DNA from: an uncultured Rhodospirillaceae bacterium
GTDB lineage: Bacteria; Pseudomonadota; Alphaproteobacteria; CAAGCB01; CAG-977
Assembly: GCA_900553035.1 (NCBI GenBank)
Contig: USCC01000002.1
Location: 5,514-69,513 of the forward strand
Direction: 5' to 3'
DNA: 64,000 nt
A model generated the notes under the pieces. That model saw only the letters and a program-made list of their open reading frames with translations, was not told the DNA's origin and did not search any database. Made by a program: the position numbers and the translations under genes. This document shows positions 38,223 through 48,855 of the stretch, in pieces. Position 1 is the first letter of the stretch; the number at the start of each line of letters is the position of its first letter.

Positions 38223-39860
38223 ATGCTTTCCCGTATAAACCGTTTCAGAAACAGGAGCAGCCCCTTGCGTCAGTTCAAGTTATTTTTGTGTTGTGCGATT
38301 ACTTTATTGCTTGCGTCTTGTTCGGGCAAGATTTCTTTGCTTTCCAGACAGGGAATCGACCAGGGACTTTTCAGTCCGGCGGACGCGGACATGGCGGTGC
38401 GGAGCGCGGCGGGCGAAGAACAGCCTTCCGAAGGCCGTGAAACGCGAACGCCTCTGCCCTCTGAAATGGTTCGCGTCGGCCTCCTTTTGCCGCTGAGCGG
38501 TAATTCGGCCAAGCTGGGGCAGGCGCTTCAGAACGCGGCGATGATGTCTTTGTTCGACATTTCGGGAAACCGGCTTGTCCTGCAGTTCTATGACACGGAA
38601 GGCACGGCCGAGGGAGCGCGGAAGGCGTCGGAACAGGCGATTAACCAGGGGGTTGAGCTGATTATCGGCCCGGTTTTTTCGCCGGGCGTCCGAGCCATCC
38701 GGGAAAACACGCATGCGGCGGATATCGGGGTCATCACTTTTTCTTCGCACCCTTCAAATCTGGGAGACGGGATTTACACAATCAGTTCTCTGACGTCTCA
38801 GCAGGTTGAACACATTGTCGGCTTTGCCTGTGACAAAGGGTATAAGCGCTTTGCAATTCTGGCGCAGGACAATGCAAGCGGGGACATTGTGTCCATGGCA
38901 GCAAAGGCGGCGGCGGATCGTTGCGGCGGAATGATTACCAAGGCAGCGTTCTATAACCCGAAATCCGAAAATCTCCAGCCGACGGTTCAGGCGATCATGC
39001 CCCGTCTGCTGGAAGATCTGCAGAAGGAAAAGGAAGAAGAGATCAAGCGTCTGGAAAAAAGCCGTGAAGCCGCCTCTCAGGGGCTTCCCGTCAAAATGAA
39101 GAACGAAGCGGGTGAGTGGGAAGACCGTTTGATGACTCTGGAACAGCTTCAGGCGCTGATTGAGGAAATGAAGACAACGGAAGTCATCCGTGATCCGTTT
39201 GAATTTGACGCCGTCCTGATCCCCGAAGAAGGCAGCCGTCTGCGTTCGCTTGGGGCCCTGCTGTCCTATTATGACGTGCCTTCGGAAATCCGGATTTTGG
39301 GGACGTCGCAGTGGGCCAATTCGTCGCCGGCACGCGAACCGGCTTTTGTCGGCGGATGGTTTTCAAACCTGCCTTTTGCCGGATTTGAACAGTTTTCAGA
39401 ACGCTACAACACTATATACGGTGAAAAGCCTCCGCGTATTGCGTCACAGGCTTACGACGCTGTTGCTCTGGCGGCGGTTCTGGCCGAAACCGGAAGCTTT
39501 TCCTATAAAAGCCTGACAAGTCCGTCGGGATTCAAAGGCGTTGACGGCCTTTTCCGTCTGCTTCCGAACGGGCTGTCCGAACGCGGCCTTGAAATTCTGG
39601 GCGTTGAAAAGCGCGGATTCGTGACGCTGTCCCCTGCCCGCGAGGTGTTTGATACCGAACCGGTCTTTGAAGCCGAAGTCTACAATAAAGGGTTCCGTCA
39701 TTCGCCGGATCTGATTACCGTTGTGACCGAGGAAACCGTCGAAGGGGCATCTTCGGAAACCGTTCCGGGCGACCCGGCGGCTGCGACGGCCGAAACTGTC
39801 CCGGCGCCGTCTCAGGTTCCCGACAGCCTCAGGCAAGCAAAGCCGGAATCAATGCGTTGA
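38223..39860 (+). CDS. lpoA: LpoA/LppC family penicillin-binding-protein activator lipoprotein
   Basis: Lipoprotein signal with an LLASC lipobox, a TPR-like N-terminus and a periplasmic-binding-protein-like domain (LLPLSG...LGQA). It is divergent from rsmI. Confidence 0.75.
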   Translation: MLSRINRFRNRSSPLRQFKLFLCCAITLLLASCSGKISLLSRQGIDQGLFSPADADMAVRSAAGEEQPSEGRETRTPLPSEMVRVGLLLPLSGNSAKLGQALQNAAMMSLFDISGNRLVLQFYDTEGTAEGARKASEQAINQGVELIIGPVFSPGVRAIRENTHAADIGVITFSSHPSNLGDGIYTISSLTSQQVEHIVGFACDKGYKRFAILAQDNASGDIVSMAAKAAADRCGGMITKAAFYNPKSENLQPTVQAIMPRLLEDLQKEKEEEIKRLEKSREAASQGLPVKMKNEAGEWEDRLMTLEQLQALIEEMKTTEVIRDPFEFDAVLIPEEGSRLRSLGALLSYYDVPSEIRILGTSQWANSSPAREPAFVGGWFSNLPFAGFEQFSERYNTIYGEKPPRIASQAYDAVALAAVLAETGSFSYKSLTSPSGFKGVDGLFRLLPNGLSERGLEILGVEKRGFVTLSPAREVFDTEPVFEAEVYNKGFRHSPDLITVVTEETVEGASSETVPGDPAAATAETVPAPSQVPDSLRQAKPESMR

Positions 39861-40947
39861 GAATGAGCAGGCCTCTGGCCGTGAGACGAAGACCCTTTGT
39901 GTCACGGATCAGAAGGCCGTCCGCCTGATAGTCCGCGAGCGTCCCGGGATGCATGAAGTCCTCGGGCGCACGTCCGGTGATTTCCCTGAACCGGTCGCGG
40001 AGAATGCCTTCATCCGTCCGGAATCCCATCAGAATCAGCTCTTCGGCACGTTCCTGAAGAGTCAGTATTTCCTCGCGGGCCGCTCTGCTTTTTAACCATT
40101 CAGAGGGTTGCCGCTCCTGAACGGTCGCATACGTCGTTCCGTCCTGCGTGAACCGGCCGTGTGCCGCCGGACCGATACCCAGCCATTCCCCCCCCTGCCA
40201 GTACATCAGATTATGGCGGCAGATGTGGCCTTTACGGGCGTGATTTGACACTTCATAACGGGGAAGTCCGGCCTGATACGTCATCCGATCGGTCGTCTCG
40301 AACAGATCGGCGGCCAGCTCTTCTTCCGGCAGCTCGAGTCCCTTTTTATGGAAAAAGGTACCCTCTTCCAGCGTCAGCTGATAAAGCGACAGGTGGGAAA
40401 GGTTCAGTTCAAGAATGCGTTCAAGCTCCTGTTTCCAGCTTTCAAGAGTCTGATTCGGGCGGGCATAAATGAAATCGGCGGAGACTTCCGCAAAGATATT
40501 CCGAGCGTTACGGAGAGCTTCCAGGGCTGTTTCCGTATCATGAAGCCGTCCCAGGAATTTCAGATCGGTATCGTTCAAAGCCTGCACACCGATGGACAGG
40601 CGATTGATTCCCGCCGCAGCGAATCCGCCCATTTTCAGGGCGTCCAGCGTTCCCGGATTGGCTTCCATCGATATTTCGACGCCGCTGTCAACGGGCCACA
40701 GCCGCCGGATGGCCGCCAGCAGTGCCGCCGTCAATTCGGGCGGCATCAGTGACGGCGTCCCTCCCCCGAAAAAGATCGTCGAGACGGTTTTGCCCTCCGT
40801 CCGTACCGCATAAGCTTCCAGACAGCGGACATAGGCCTTTTCCCATGCCGGAAAGTCAATCTTACGGGCGGGAAAGCTGGCAAAATCGCAGTACGGACAT
40901 TTTGAACGGCAGAACGGCCAGTGCAGATAAATGCCGAAAGGGATCAT
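39829..40947 (-). CDS. hemW: Radical SAM heme chaperone HemW (HemN-like, oxygen-independent coproporphyrinogen-III oxidase family)
   Basis: CxxxCxYC radical-SAM motif (CRSKCPYCDF), 372 aa typical of HemW, and rph-rdgB-hemW synteny. Confidence 0.88.
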   Translation of the reverse strand: MIPFGIYLHWPFCRSKCPYCDFASFPARKIDFPAWEKAYVRCLEAYAVRTEGKTVSTIFFGGGTPSLMPPELTAALLAAIRRLWPVDSGVEISMEANPGTLDALKMGGFAAAGINRLSIGVQALNDTDLKFLGRLHDTETALEALRNARNIFAEVSADFIYARPNQTLESWKQELERILELNLSHLSLYQLTLEEGTFFHKKGLELPEEELAADLFETTDRMTYQAGLPRYEVSNHARKGHICRHNLMYWQGGEWLGIGPAAHGRFTQDGTTYATVQERQPSEWLKSRAAREEILTLQERAEELILMGFRTDEGILRDRFREITGRAPEDFMHPGTLADYQADGLLIRDTKGLRLTARGLLILNALIPALLA

Positions 40948-41543
40948 CGGGACAGGCAGCCCTCAATGAACATTTTCAAAGCGTTTGCCCGGTGACTGAT
41001 TTTATTTTTAATGCCGCCGGCCAGTTCGGCGAACGTTTCGCTGTATCCGTTTGGCACGAACATCGGGTCATAACCGAAACCGTTCTCGCCTTTTGGCGGC
41101 CAGCAGAGTGTTCCTTCAACCTTTCCTTCAAACTCTTCAGTATGCCCGTCCGGCCAGGCAATAACAAGGACACATGCGAAATGTGCCGAACGGTCGGACG
41201 AATCACCGAGTTCTTTATCAAGGCATTCCATCGCATAACGGAAGCCGTTTTTTTTCGGTTCATTGTAACGGGCCGAATAAATGCCGGGACGGTTGTCCAG
41301 TGCATGCACGCACAGACCCGAATCATCGGCCAGGGCGGGAAGCCCCGCTTCATCCGCCGCGGCCTGTGCCTTGATTCGGGCGTTGGCAATGAATGTGTCG
41401 CCGTTTTCTTCGGGTTCGGAAAGATTCAGTTCGTCGCCGGAGCGGACTTTGATGTCGAAAGGCGCAAGAATGGCCTGCATTTCGGCGACTTTTCCCTTGT
41501 TGTGCGTCGCCAGCACAATTTCTTTTTCAATCAGTTTACGCAT
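40944..41543 (-). CDS. rdgB: Non-canonical purine NTP pyrophosphatase RdgB/Ham1
   Basis: LATHNKGK...FGYDP motifs. Confidence 0.92.
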   Translation of the reverse strand: MRKLIEKEIVLATHNKGKVAEMQAILAPFDIKVRSGDELNLSEPEENGDTFIANARIKAQAAADEAGLPALADDSGLCVHALDNRPGIYSARYNEPKKNGFRYAMECLDKELGDSSDRSAHFACVLVIAWPDGHTEEFEGKVEGTLCWPPKGENGFGYDPMFVPNGYSETFAELAGGIKNKISHRANALKMFIEGCLSR

Positions 41544-42261
41544 GAGTGTCCATCCCTAAAACCTGCCGCTGGATCAGAGCCAGTTCAGCCGTGCCCTTGC
41601 AGGCGAGTTCGTACAGTCTGGTGAATTCTTCGGGCGTGAAAGGCGTCCGTTCGGCCGTACCCTGAATTTCCACGATGCCGCCTTTGCCGGTGATGACAAA
41701 ATTCGAATCCGTTTCGGCAGATGAGTCTTCGAGATAATCCAGGTCAAGGACAGGGACACCTTCACAGATGCCGCAGGAAATGGCCGATACGGTGTCCAGA
41801 ATGGGCAAAGAGGAGATCATGCGCCGTTCCTTCAGCGTCTGAAGCGCCAGATACAGGGCGACAAAGCCGCCGGTGATGGAAGCGGTTCGTGTGCCGCCGT
41901 CCGCCTGGATGACATCACAGTCGATTTTGATGGAAATTTCACCGAGGGCTTTGAGATCGACGACGGCGCGCAGAGCCCGTCCGATCAGCCTCTGAATTTC
42001 ATGTGTACGGCCGGACTGTCCTTTTTTGGCTTCGCGGTCAACGCGGGTGGACGTCGAACGGGGCAGCATGCCGTATTCGGCGGTGACCCATCCTTTGCCC
42101 GTGTTGCGCATCCAGCCGGGTACCTTTTCATCCACCGATGCCGTACAGATGACATGCGTGTCCCCGCATTTGATCAGGCACGAACCTTCCGCGTGTTTGC
42201 TGATATGCGGCTTGATGACGATTTTACGCATTTCGTCCGAAGAACGTTTTGATGGTCTCAT
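41536..42261 (-). CDS. rph: Ribonuclease PH
   Basis: RNase PH fold ([22 protein letters not shown]). The start is set at MRPSKRS, because the upstream in-frame extension looks non-coding. Confidence 0.92.
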   Translation of the reverse strand: MRPSKRSSDEMRKIVIKPHISKHAEGSCLIKCGDTHVICTASVDEKVPGWMRNTGKGWVTAEYGMLPRSTSTRVDREAKKGQSGRTHEIQRLIGRALRAVVDLKALGEISIKIDCDVIQADGGTRTASITGGFVALYLALQTLKERRMISSLPILDTVSAISCGICEGVPVLDLDYLEDSSAETDSNFVITGKGGIVEIQGTAERTPFTPEEFTRLYELACKGTAELALIQRQVLGMDTHA

Positions 42262-42337
42262 GGCTTTTGTATCCTTTTGCTGAATGAGTGATTTGTGCTG
42301 TTGACGTTTGGTACTACGATTACTACATTTATCAGTT

Positions 42338-43387
42338 ATGAGTAAGCAAATATCGACATTATCCGAATTAAACAACCGTTCGCGGGATATTTTCCGGCGG
42401 CTGGTTGACGCTTATCTGGAACGCGGCGAGCCGATCGGGTCGAAAACGCTGTCGGGGCTTTTGGATGTTTCCCTGTCGTCGGCCACGATTCGCAATGTGA
42501 TGTCGGATTTGGAAGTGTCGGGCCTTTTGACTTCGCCGCACACGTCGGCGGGCCGGATTCCGACCGAACGCGGCCTGAAAATGTTTGTTGACGGCCTTTT
42601 GGAAATCGGGTCACTGGAAGAAGGGGAACGTCACGCCATTGAAGCGCACTGCCGGGAATCGGGCATCAGTATGGAGCATGTCCTGAATCAGGCGTCGTCA
42701 ATGCTGTCAGGCCTGTCGAAATGCGCCGGCGTTGTGATTGCCCCGAAAATCGAAGCGCCGCTGAAACATATCGAATTTGTGCATCTGGGGAACGGCCGGG
42801 CTTTGGTCGTCATGGTGACGGCGGACGGCGCGGTGGAAAACCGGCTGGTTGATCTTCCGCCGGGAACGCTGCCCTCAACGCTGGCGGAAGCATCGAATTA
42901 TCTGAATGACCGTCTGTCGGGTCGTACTCTGGACGAGGCGAAAACCGTCGTTGACGCGGAGATAAAATCACACAGGGCGCAGCTGGACAAGGCCGCCGAA
43001 CGTCTGGTTTCGCAGGGAATCGCCGCCTGGGCCGGCGGAAAGAAGGGCGCTCTGATCGTCAAGGGGCAAAAGTATCTTTTGGATAACATCCAGGCTTTGG
43101 AAGACCTGGAACACGTCCGCCGTCTGTTCGGTGTTCTTGAAACGCAGGAAAGTATGGCTAAATTGCTGGATTTAACTGAAGCGGCGGATGGTATACAAAT
43201 CTTTATAGGGGCGGAAAATTCCTTGTTTACGCTTTCGGGATGTTCCATGATAACGGCGCCGTACCGCAACAGCCGCGAACAGATCGTCGGCGCAATCGGC
43301 ATCGTCGGACCGACCCGGATGAATTACGCCAGGATCATTCCCCTGGTGGATTATACTTCTCGTGTTGTCAGTAAATTAATAGGGTAG
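42338..43387 (+). CDS. hrcA: Heat-inducible transcription repressor HrcA
   Basis: Winged-helix N-terminus ([30 protein letters not shown]) and hrcA-grpE synteny. Confidence 0.92.
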   Translation: MSKQISTLSELNNRSRDIFRRLVDAYLERGEPIGSKTLSGLLDVSLSSATIRNVMSDLEVSGLLTSPHTSAGRIPTERGLKMFVDGLLEIGSLEEGERHAIEAHCRESGISMEHVLNQASSMLSGLSKCAGVVIAPKIEAPLKHIEFVHLGNGRALVVMVTADGAVENRLVDLPPGTLPSTLAEASNYLNDRLSGRTLDEAKTVVDAEIKSHRAQLDKAAERLVSQGIAAWAGGKKGALIVKGQKYLLDNIQALEDLEHVRRLFGVLETQESMAKLLDLTEAADGIQIFIGAENSLFTLSGCSMITAPYRNSREQIVGAIGIVGPTRMNYARIIPLVDYTSRVVSKLIG

Positions 43388-43392
43388 ACATT

Positions 43393-44037
43393 ATGGCAAA
43401 ACATCATAAGAACGACCTCAGGGTTGAAGATCAGGAACAAGAGCTGGAGGAATTTGAAACGGCGGAAGAGACGGCGGATGAAACCGTCGAGGAAATCGAA
43501 GACGTTTCAGCCCGGGTTGCCGACCTTCAGACCGAAGTCGACAAGCTGAAAGACATGTACATGCGTTCGCAGGCGGAAATGGAAAACCTGCGCAAACGGA
43601 CGCAGATCGAGCTGGAAAAAAGGTCGAAATATGCGGTTTCGTCTTTTGCCCGCGACCTGCTGAGCGTCAGCGACAATCTGGCGCGCGCAATGGATTCCAT
43701 TCCCGAACAGGAACGTAAAAAACAATCTGAACTGGTGAAGAATCTGCTGATCGGTCTGGAACTGACACAAAAGGATCTGCAGACGGCTTTTGAAAAGAAC
43801 GACATTAAGCCCGTTGAAAGCGTCGGCCATATTTTTGATCCGAACGTTCACAAGGTCGTGCAGGAAGTCGAAGATCCCTCCAAGCCGGCCGGGACGATTG
43901 TCCAGGAATGGCAGAAGGGATACACGATCGGAGGTGACCGCACTTTGCGCGAAGCCGTGGTTGTCGTCACGAAAGGCGGTCCGAAACCCGGCGAAAAACC
44001 GGCGGAACCCGGCCATACCGTCGATACGTCGGCGTGA
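43393..44037 (+). CDS. grpE: Nucleotide exchange factor GrpE
   Basis: Coiled-coil region followed by a GrpE C-terminal domain (GYTIGGDRTLREAVVVV). Confidence 0.92.
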   Translation: MAKHHKNDLRVEDQEQELEEFETAEETADETVEEIEDVSARVADLQTEVDKLKDMYMRSQAEMENLRKRTQIELEKRSKYAVSSFARDLLSVSDNLARAMDSIPEQERKKQSELVKNLLIGLELTQKDLQTAFEKNDIKPVESVGHIFDPNVHKVVQEVEDPSKPAGTIVQEWQKGYTIGGDRTLREAVVVVTKGGPKPGEKPAEPGHTVDTSA

Positions 44038-44053
44038 GTCCGCGAAAAATAAA

Positions 44054-44082
44054 AAAAGCCGCGCAAAGCGGCTTTTTTCATC
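44054..44082 (+). terminator. Rho-independent terminator after grpE
   Basis: AAGCCGCGCAAAGCGGCTT hairpin followed by TTTTT. Confidence 0.75.
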
Positions 44083-44174
44083 TCGTGAAAGGAAACGGTT
44101 TCTGAAACGATTTTTCTTCGGTGACAAATCATGTAATATGATTTTCACAGCCGGAATACGGAAAGGAAAATCAA

Positions 44175-44639
44175 ATGAAATTCATATCAAAAGAAGATGC
44201 TCTTCTGGGTGGTTTGACCCTGATTCTTCAGACTATTTTCTTATTTTTCCGGGATAACTACCTGATCGGGATTTGTTTTTTTGTCTTTGTTGTTCTGAAT
44301 ATTCTGAGTATAATGAGACTTATTAAAAAGATAAAATTCCTTGAGCAAATGAATAATCGTTTTTACCGCCTTTCCGCGTTTTTAAGGCCGCTTGGATGGT
44401 TTTTTTATATTGAAGTGAGCATGCTGTTATTTTTTATGTTTTTGGAAGAATTTACATATTTTTCGGACAAACTCTATTTCATTATAGAATTATGTATTCC
44501 ATTTTTGTTTATCGCTTTTTTCATAGCCCTTCTGGTCGGGTTGATTCGCATGATTTTTGCAAAACCGCCTGTTCCTTCCGCCGATACGGAAGTCAAAAAC
44601 ACCGACGGCGAAATCATTTGGCGTTCAGGCGGACGCTAA
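44175..44639 (+). CDS. Hypothetical low-GC membrane protein (4 TM helices)
   Basis: Strongly AT-biased codons (estimated by eye at roughly 37% GC) in a GC-rich genome, with four hydrophobic helices. No family was recognised. Confidence 0.5.
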   Translation: MKFISKEDALLGGLTLILQTIFLFFRDNYLIGICFFVFVVLNILSIMRLIKKIKFLEQMNNRFYRLSAFLRPLGWFFYIEVSMLLFFMFLEEFTYFSDKLYFIIELCIPFLFIAFFIALLVGLIRMIFAKPPVPSADTEVKNTDGEIIWRSGGR

Positions 44640-45455
44640 TTCTTTTGAACGTTTTTCCGCAGCTTTGACCGCCTGAACCATCAGAGGCGTCAGGCCGTTT
44701 CTTTCGTCCATCAGGATGTCCAGAGCCGCAGCGGTTGTGCCGTTGGGCGTGGTGACGTTCCGGCGCAGAGTTTCGGGCGTCTGCGGACTTTGATACAAAA
44801 GCTCCGCCGCGCCGCAGACGGTTGCGCGAGCCAGCTCCGCCGCCGTTTCCGGCGAAAGCCCCAGCGATTCCGCCGCCCGGGTTAAAGCCTCGGTCAGATG
44901 GAAGACATAAGCGGGACCGCTGCCGGATACCGCCGTGACGGCATCCATTTGCGCTTCGTTTTCCAGCCACACCGTTCGGCCGCAGGCGTCCATCAGGGCT
45001 GCGGCTTTTTCCCGCCGAATCCCGTCAGCGCGCACATTGGCATACAGGCCTGTCATTCCGCGTCCCACAGCGGCGGGAGTGTTCGGCATGGCGCGGACAA
45101 CGGCCGCTTCAGAGCCAAGATGTTCCTCAAACCAGGCGATCGGCCGGCCGGCCACGATGGACAGAAGAACTGCGCCTCTGTCCGTAAACGGTTTGATGCT
45201 TTCAACAGCTTCGGCAATGACGAAAGGTTTGACGGCGGCCAGGACAATGTCTGTTTCCGCATCCCTGAAGGCCTCCGCACTTTCGGCGGCATGAATGCCT
45301 TTGGCATGCAGAGCCGTACGTGTTTCAGCCCCCGGATCGACAACACGGATTTTTTCCGGCGCCAGCCCTTTTTTCAGCGCGCCTTCAATGATGGCGCTTC
45401 CCATTTTGCCGCCCCCAAAGACCGTCAGTCCAGATATTGAAGCCAGAGCACCCAT
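44625..45455 (-). CDS. proC: Pyrroline-5-carboxylate reductase
   Basis: Rossmann motif GGGKMGSAI and a ProC dimerisation domain. Confidence 0.92.
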   Translation of the reverse strand: MGALASISGLTVFGGGKMGSAIIEGALKKGLAPEKIRVVDPGAETRTALHAKGIHAAESAEAFRDAETDIVLAAVKPFVIAEAVESIKPFTDRGAVLLSIVAGRPIAWFEEHLGSEAAVVRAMPNTPAAVGRGMTGLYANVRADGIRREKAAALMDACGRTVWLENEAQMDAVTAVSGSGPAYVFHLTEALTRAAESLGLSPETAAELARATVCGAAELLYQSPQTPETLRRNVTTPNGTTAAALDILMDERNGLTPLMVQAVKAAEKRSKELASA

Positions 45456-45586
45456 GTCTTTTCTCCTTTTTTAGGCCGTCCGGAGATAAAAGATAGGCGT
45501 TCATGAGGATTTTTAAAAGAAAAAGATTTTGAGAAAACGGATTTTGTCGTATAAGGAAAACAGGCAGAAACAAAAGGCGTTGAATT

Positions 45587-46573
45587 ATGTTTGTCATTAC
45601 CGGAGGAGCCGGATTCATCGGTTCAAATGTTGCCGCCGCCATCGAAGAGCGCGGCTTGGGCGAAGTGGCGATTGTCGACAGACTGCGCAGCGGCGACAAG
45701 TGGCGCAATATTTCAAAAAGAGCACTGCGCAACATTGTTTTTCCCGAGGACGTTCTGTCCTTTCTGGACGAACGGGCGCACAAGATTCAAGCCGTCCTGC
45801 ATTTCGGTTCCATTTCGTCCCCGATGGAGGCGGACGTGGACGCGATCGTCCGGAACAATATCCAGCTGACGTGGGAGCTGTGGAAATGGTGCACGGAACA
45901 CAAGGTGCCGTTTATCTATGCTTCATCCGCCGCGGTTTACGGCGACGGGACTCTGGGCTTCAGGGACGAAGCCTCGACCGAGGCGCTGGCTCGGCTGCGA
46001 CCGCTCAGCCCTTTTGCGTGGAGCAAGCTGTTCATGGATCGCAAAGTGGCCGAAGCGGTTGAAGAAGATAAAAAAACGCCGCCGCAGTGGGTCGGGCTCC
46101 GGTTCTTTAACCTGTACGGGCCGAACGAGTATCATAAAGGGCCGCATCAAAGCGTTATCCCGCAAATCTACGCACAGGCACGTAACGGTAAACTGTTTCC
46201 CCTGTTCAAGTCGGAAAACCCGGCCTATAAGGACGGCGACCAGATGCGCGATTTCATGTGGATCGACGATTGTGTGGACGTGATTCTATGGTTCCTGACG
46301 CACCCCGGGGTCAGCGGTCTGTTCAATGTCGGCACGGGGCAGGCGCGGACGTATGCGGACGTCTTACGCGCGGTTTACGCCGCTTTGGGCGAAGAGCCGG
46401 AGATGGACTTCATCGATCTGCCCGAAGCTCTGAAGGATAAATATCAGTACTTTACACAGGCCGATATTCAAAAGCTGCGCGACGCCGGGTATGACCGGCC
46501 GTTTACGTCGCTGGAGGAAGGCGTCGACAAATACATCCGGAATTATCTGAGCAAATCCGATCCCTACCGTTAA
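45587..46573 (+). CDS. hldD: ADP-L-glycero-D-manno-heptose 6-epimerase
   Basis: GGAGFIGSN motif, YxxxK catalytic residues and the HldD-specific C-terminal region. Confidence 0.85.
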   Translation: MFVITGGAGFIGSNVAAAIEERGLGEVAIVDRLRSGDKWRNISKRALRNIVFPEDVLSFLDERAHKIQAVLHFGSISSPMEADVDAIVRNNIQLTWELWKWCTEHKVPFIYASSAAVYGDGTLGFRDEASTEALARLRPLSPFAWSKLFMDRKVAEAVEEDKKTPPQWVGLRFFNLYGPNEYHKGPHQSVIPQIYAQARNGKLFPLFKSENPAYKDGDQMRDFMWIDDCVDVILWFLTHPGVSGLFNVGTGQARTYADVLRAVYAALGEEPEMDFIDLPEALKDKYQYFTQADIQKLRDAGYDRPFTSLEEGVDKYIRNYLSKSDPYR

Positions 46574-46585
46574 AAGGAAGAAAAA

Positions 46586-47389
46586 ATGTCGTACAGCGGA
46601 ATACCCTTTCCCAATATTGACCCGGTGGCCGTGCATATCGGCGCTTTTGGCCTGCGCTGGTATTCTCTTGCCTATCTGGCCGGTATTTTCTGCGCCTGGT
46701 TTCTGGCGCGGCGGATGGTGCAGCGGTATAATTCTCCCTTTACCCCCGTCAAGGTTGATGATGCGGTCTTCTGGGGGACGGTCGGTCTGATTCTGGGGGC
46801 GCGGCTGGGATACGTCCTGTTTTACAATCTGGAACATTATCTGGAAAATCCGCTACAGGTTTTTGCCCTGTGGCAGGGCGGCATGTCGTTCCATGGTGCT
46901 CTGATCGGTGTTATTGTGGCACTTTTCCTGTTTTCCCGTCATGAAAAAATCGGCTTTTTCACCATAACGGACGTGATGGCCTGTGTTGCGCCGATCGGCC
47001 TGTTTTTCGGGCGTCTGGCGAATTTTGCCAACGGCGAGCTGTTCGGCCGGGTGACGACATCCGTGCCCTGGGCCGTCATTTTCCCGGGAGGAGGCCCTCT
47101 GCCGCGTCATCCAAGCCAGCTTTACGAAGCGTGCTTTGAGGGAATCGTCCTGTTTGTCTGTCTGTACACGCTGTGGACAAAGAGCGTTTGGGTCCGAATC
47201 CGGCCGGGATTCACATCGGGGGCTTTTCTGTTCGGATATGCGGTCGCGCGGGGCGTGATTGAAAATTTCCGTGCTCCTGACGCGCAAATCGGTTTTCTGT
47301 TCGCGCGTGTGACAATGGGACAGCTTCTGACCCTGCCGATGCTGATCGCCGGCATATGGATCATGGTCTGGGCGGCGAAAAAAGCGTAA
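46586..47389 (+). CDS. lgt: Prolipoprotein diacylglyceryl transferase
   Basis: Lgt signature (HGALIG...RLANFANGEL), 267 aa. Confidence 0.93.
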   Translation: MSYSGIPFPNIDPVAVHIGAFGLRWYSLAYLAGIFCAWFLARRMVQRYNSPFTPVKVDDAVFWGTVGLILGARLGYVLFYNLEHYLENPLQVFALWQGGMSFHGALIGVIVALFLFSRHEKIGFFTITDVMACVAPIGLFFGRLANFANGELFGRVTTSVPWAVIFPGGGPLPRHPSQLYEACFEGIVLFVCLYTLWTKSVWVRIRPGFTSGAFLFGYAVARGVIENFRAPDAQIGFLFARVTMGQLLTLPMLIAGIWIMVWAAKKA

Positions 47390-47454
47390 CATCCTTATAA
47401 GGCTTGATATTTTACCGCGAGATTTGTACCCTTAAGAAAAAACCGGAGACAAAA

Positions 47455-48066
47455 ATGGGCATAAACATTAAACGGAAAGGTCTGATCCGCGGTTTTCTTT
47501 CCCTGTTGCGTCTGAAGCTGGTTGTTCCGCTTCTGCGTTCAAAAAAGCCTCCCGAATTTACGGCGCGCGGCGCGATGATCGGCATGGGATGGGCGATGAC
47601 GCCCCTGGTCGGCGTCCAGATGTATCTGGTTTTTCTGACGTGGCTGTTTACACGCCGGTTTTTCAAATGGGATTTCAGCCTGCCGATCGGGCTGGCATGG
47701 ACCTGGGTGACAAACGTTTTTACGGTGCCTCCCTTCTATTATGCGTTTTACGTGACCGGTAAAATCATGACAGGTGAATTCGCCGAACGCACGACATATA
47801 CGAAATTCGTCGGCCTTTTGAAAAACACTCTGAATGAAGACGGGCTGGTGGAGGCTCTGAAAACGTCTCTGGATATATTGATCAAGGACTGGGGGGCTTC
47901 AATGATGCTGGGAGCGGTTCCCTGGATCATCTGCGGCGGATGGCTGGCCTACCGCTGGACGCTGGTGATCGTGCGAAAAAGAGATATCCGGCGGCAAAAA
48001 AAGCTTGAAATGAAAACCGAAGCGGCGCAAAAAACATTACGGGATCAAAAACAGGAAACGCTGTAA
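47455..48066 (+). CDS. DUF2062 domain membrane protein
   Basis: PPEFTARGAMIGMGWAMTPLVGVQ motif. GGAGA Shine-Dalgarno before the ATG at 47455. Confidence 0.7.
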   Translation: MGINIKRKGLIRGFLSLLRLKLVVPLLRSKKPPEFTARGAMIGMGWAMTPLVGVQMYLVFLTWLFTRRFFKWDFSLPIGLAWTWVTNVFTVPPFYYAFYVTGKIMTGEFAERTTYTKFVGLLKNTLNEDGLVEALKTSLDILIKDWGASMMLGAVPWIICGGWLAYRWTLVIVRKRDIRRQKKLEMKTEAAQKTLRDQKQETL

Positions 48067-48839
48067 TGACATCATCTTCTCTTTTCGAGGTTGCCGAAGG
48101 GATCCGCTATCGTTTTTTTACGCGGAAAAACGGCGTGTCCGAAGGAGAGTTTTCATCCCTGAACTGTTCGGTCAAAGTCGGGGACGATCCGGCGAAAGTC
48201 CGCGAAAACATGCGGCGAATCGGCCTGAACCTGCGCTGCACGGTGGAAAAGATTTTTACGCTGCACCAGACTCATTCCTCTATCGTCATTCCGGTTCTGA
48301 CAAAGGAACCGTTCCCAAAGACGCCGTACGGCGACGCCTTGGTCACAAATCAGACGCAGATTTTTCTGGGAATTAAAACGGCGGATTGTGCGCCCGTTTT
48401 GTTCGCTGACGCCGAAAACAGAGTCGTCGGCGCCGCCCATGCCGGATGGCGGGGAGCTGTCGGCGGTGTTTTGGAAAATACGCTGGATGCCATGGTCAAA
48501 CTGGGCGCCGTCCGCGAGAATATCCTGGCATCTGTCGGGCCGTGCATCGCGCCGCAGTCTTATGAAATCGGACAGGACATGTACGACGAATTCCTGAAGG
48601 CGGACATCCGTTCTTCCCTCTTTTTTGTTCCGGCCGATCCCGGAAAATACAGATTCGACCTGCCCGGATACGTGCTGGCTCGTCTGGAGCGCGCCGGAAT
48701 CGGGGCGGCGGAATGGACGGGAGAAGACACCTGTTCTATGGAAAAAGACTACTTTTCACACCGGCGTTCTTCGCAAAAGGGCGAAAAATGCGGGCGTCAG
48801 CTTTCCGTCATCGGACTGCTTGACGACTCTTTGTTCTAA
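48066..48839 (+). CDS. pgeF: Purine nucleoside phosphorylase / laccase-domain protein PgeF (YfiH)
   Basis: YfiH family motifs (LHQTHS, TADCAPV, HAGWRG). Confidence 0.9.
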   Translation: MTSSSLFEVAEGIRYRFFTRKNGVSEGEFSSLNCSVKVGDDPAKVRENMRRIGLNLRCTVEKIFTLHQTHSSIVIPVLTKEPFPKTPYGDALVTNQTQIFLGIKTADCAPVLFADAENRVVGAAHAGWRGAVGGVLENTLDAMVKLGAVRENILASVGPCIAPQSYEIGQDMYDEFLKADIRSSLFFVPADPGKYRFDLPGYVLARLERAGIGAAEWTGEDTCSMEKDYFSHRRSSQKGEKCGRQLSVIGLLDDSLF

Positions 48840-48855
48840 TCAGTGAGGATAAGAT

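Noticed and set aside
42262-42337. CIRCE (TTAGCACTC-N9-GAGTGCTAA) element upstream of hrcA-grpE
   Set aside because: Not present. Only a sigma70-like TTGACG-N17-TACATT (42301-42329) is seen, and in Alphaproteobacteria CIRCE is usually at groESL, which is outside this window.
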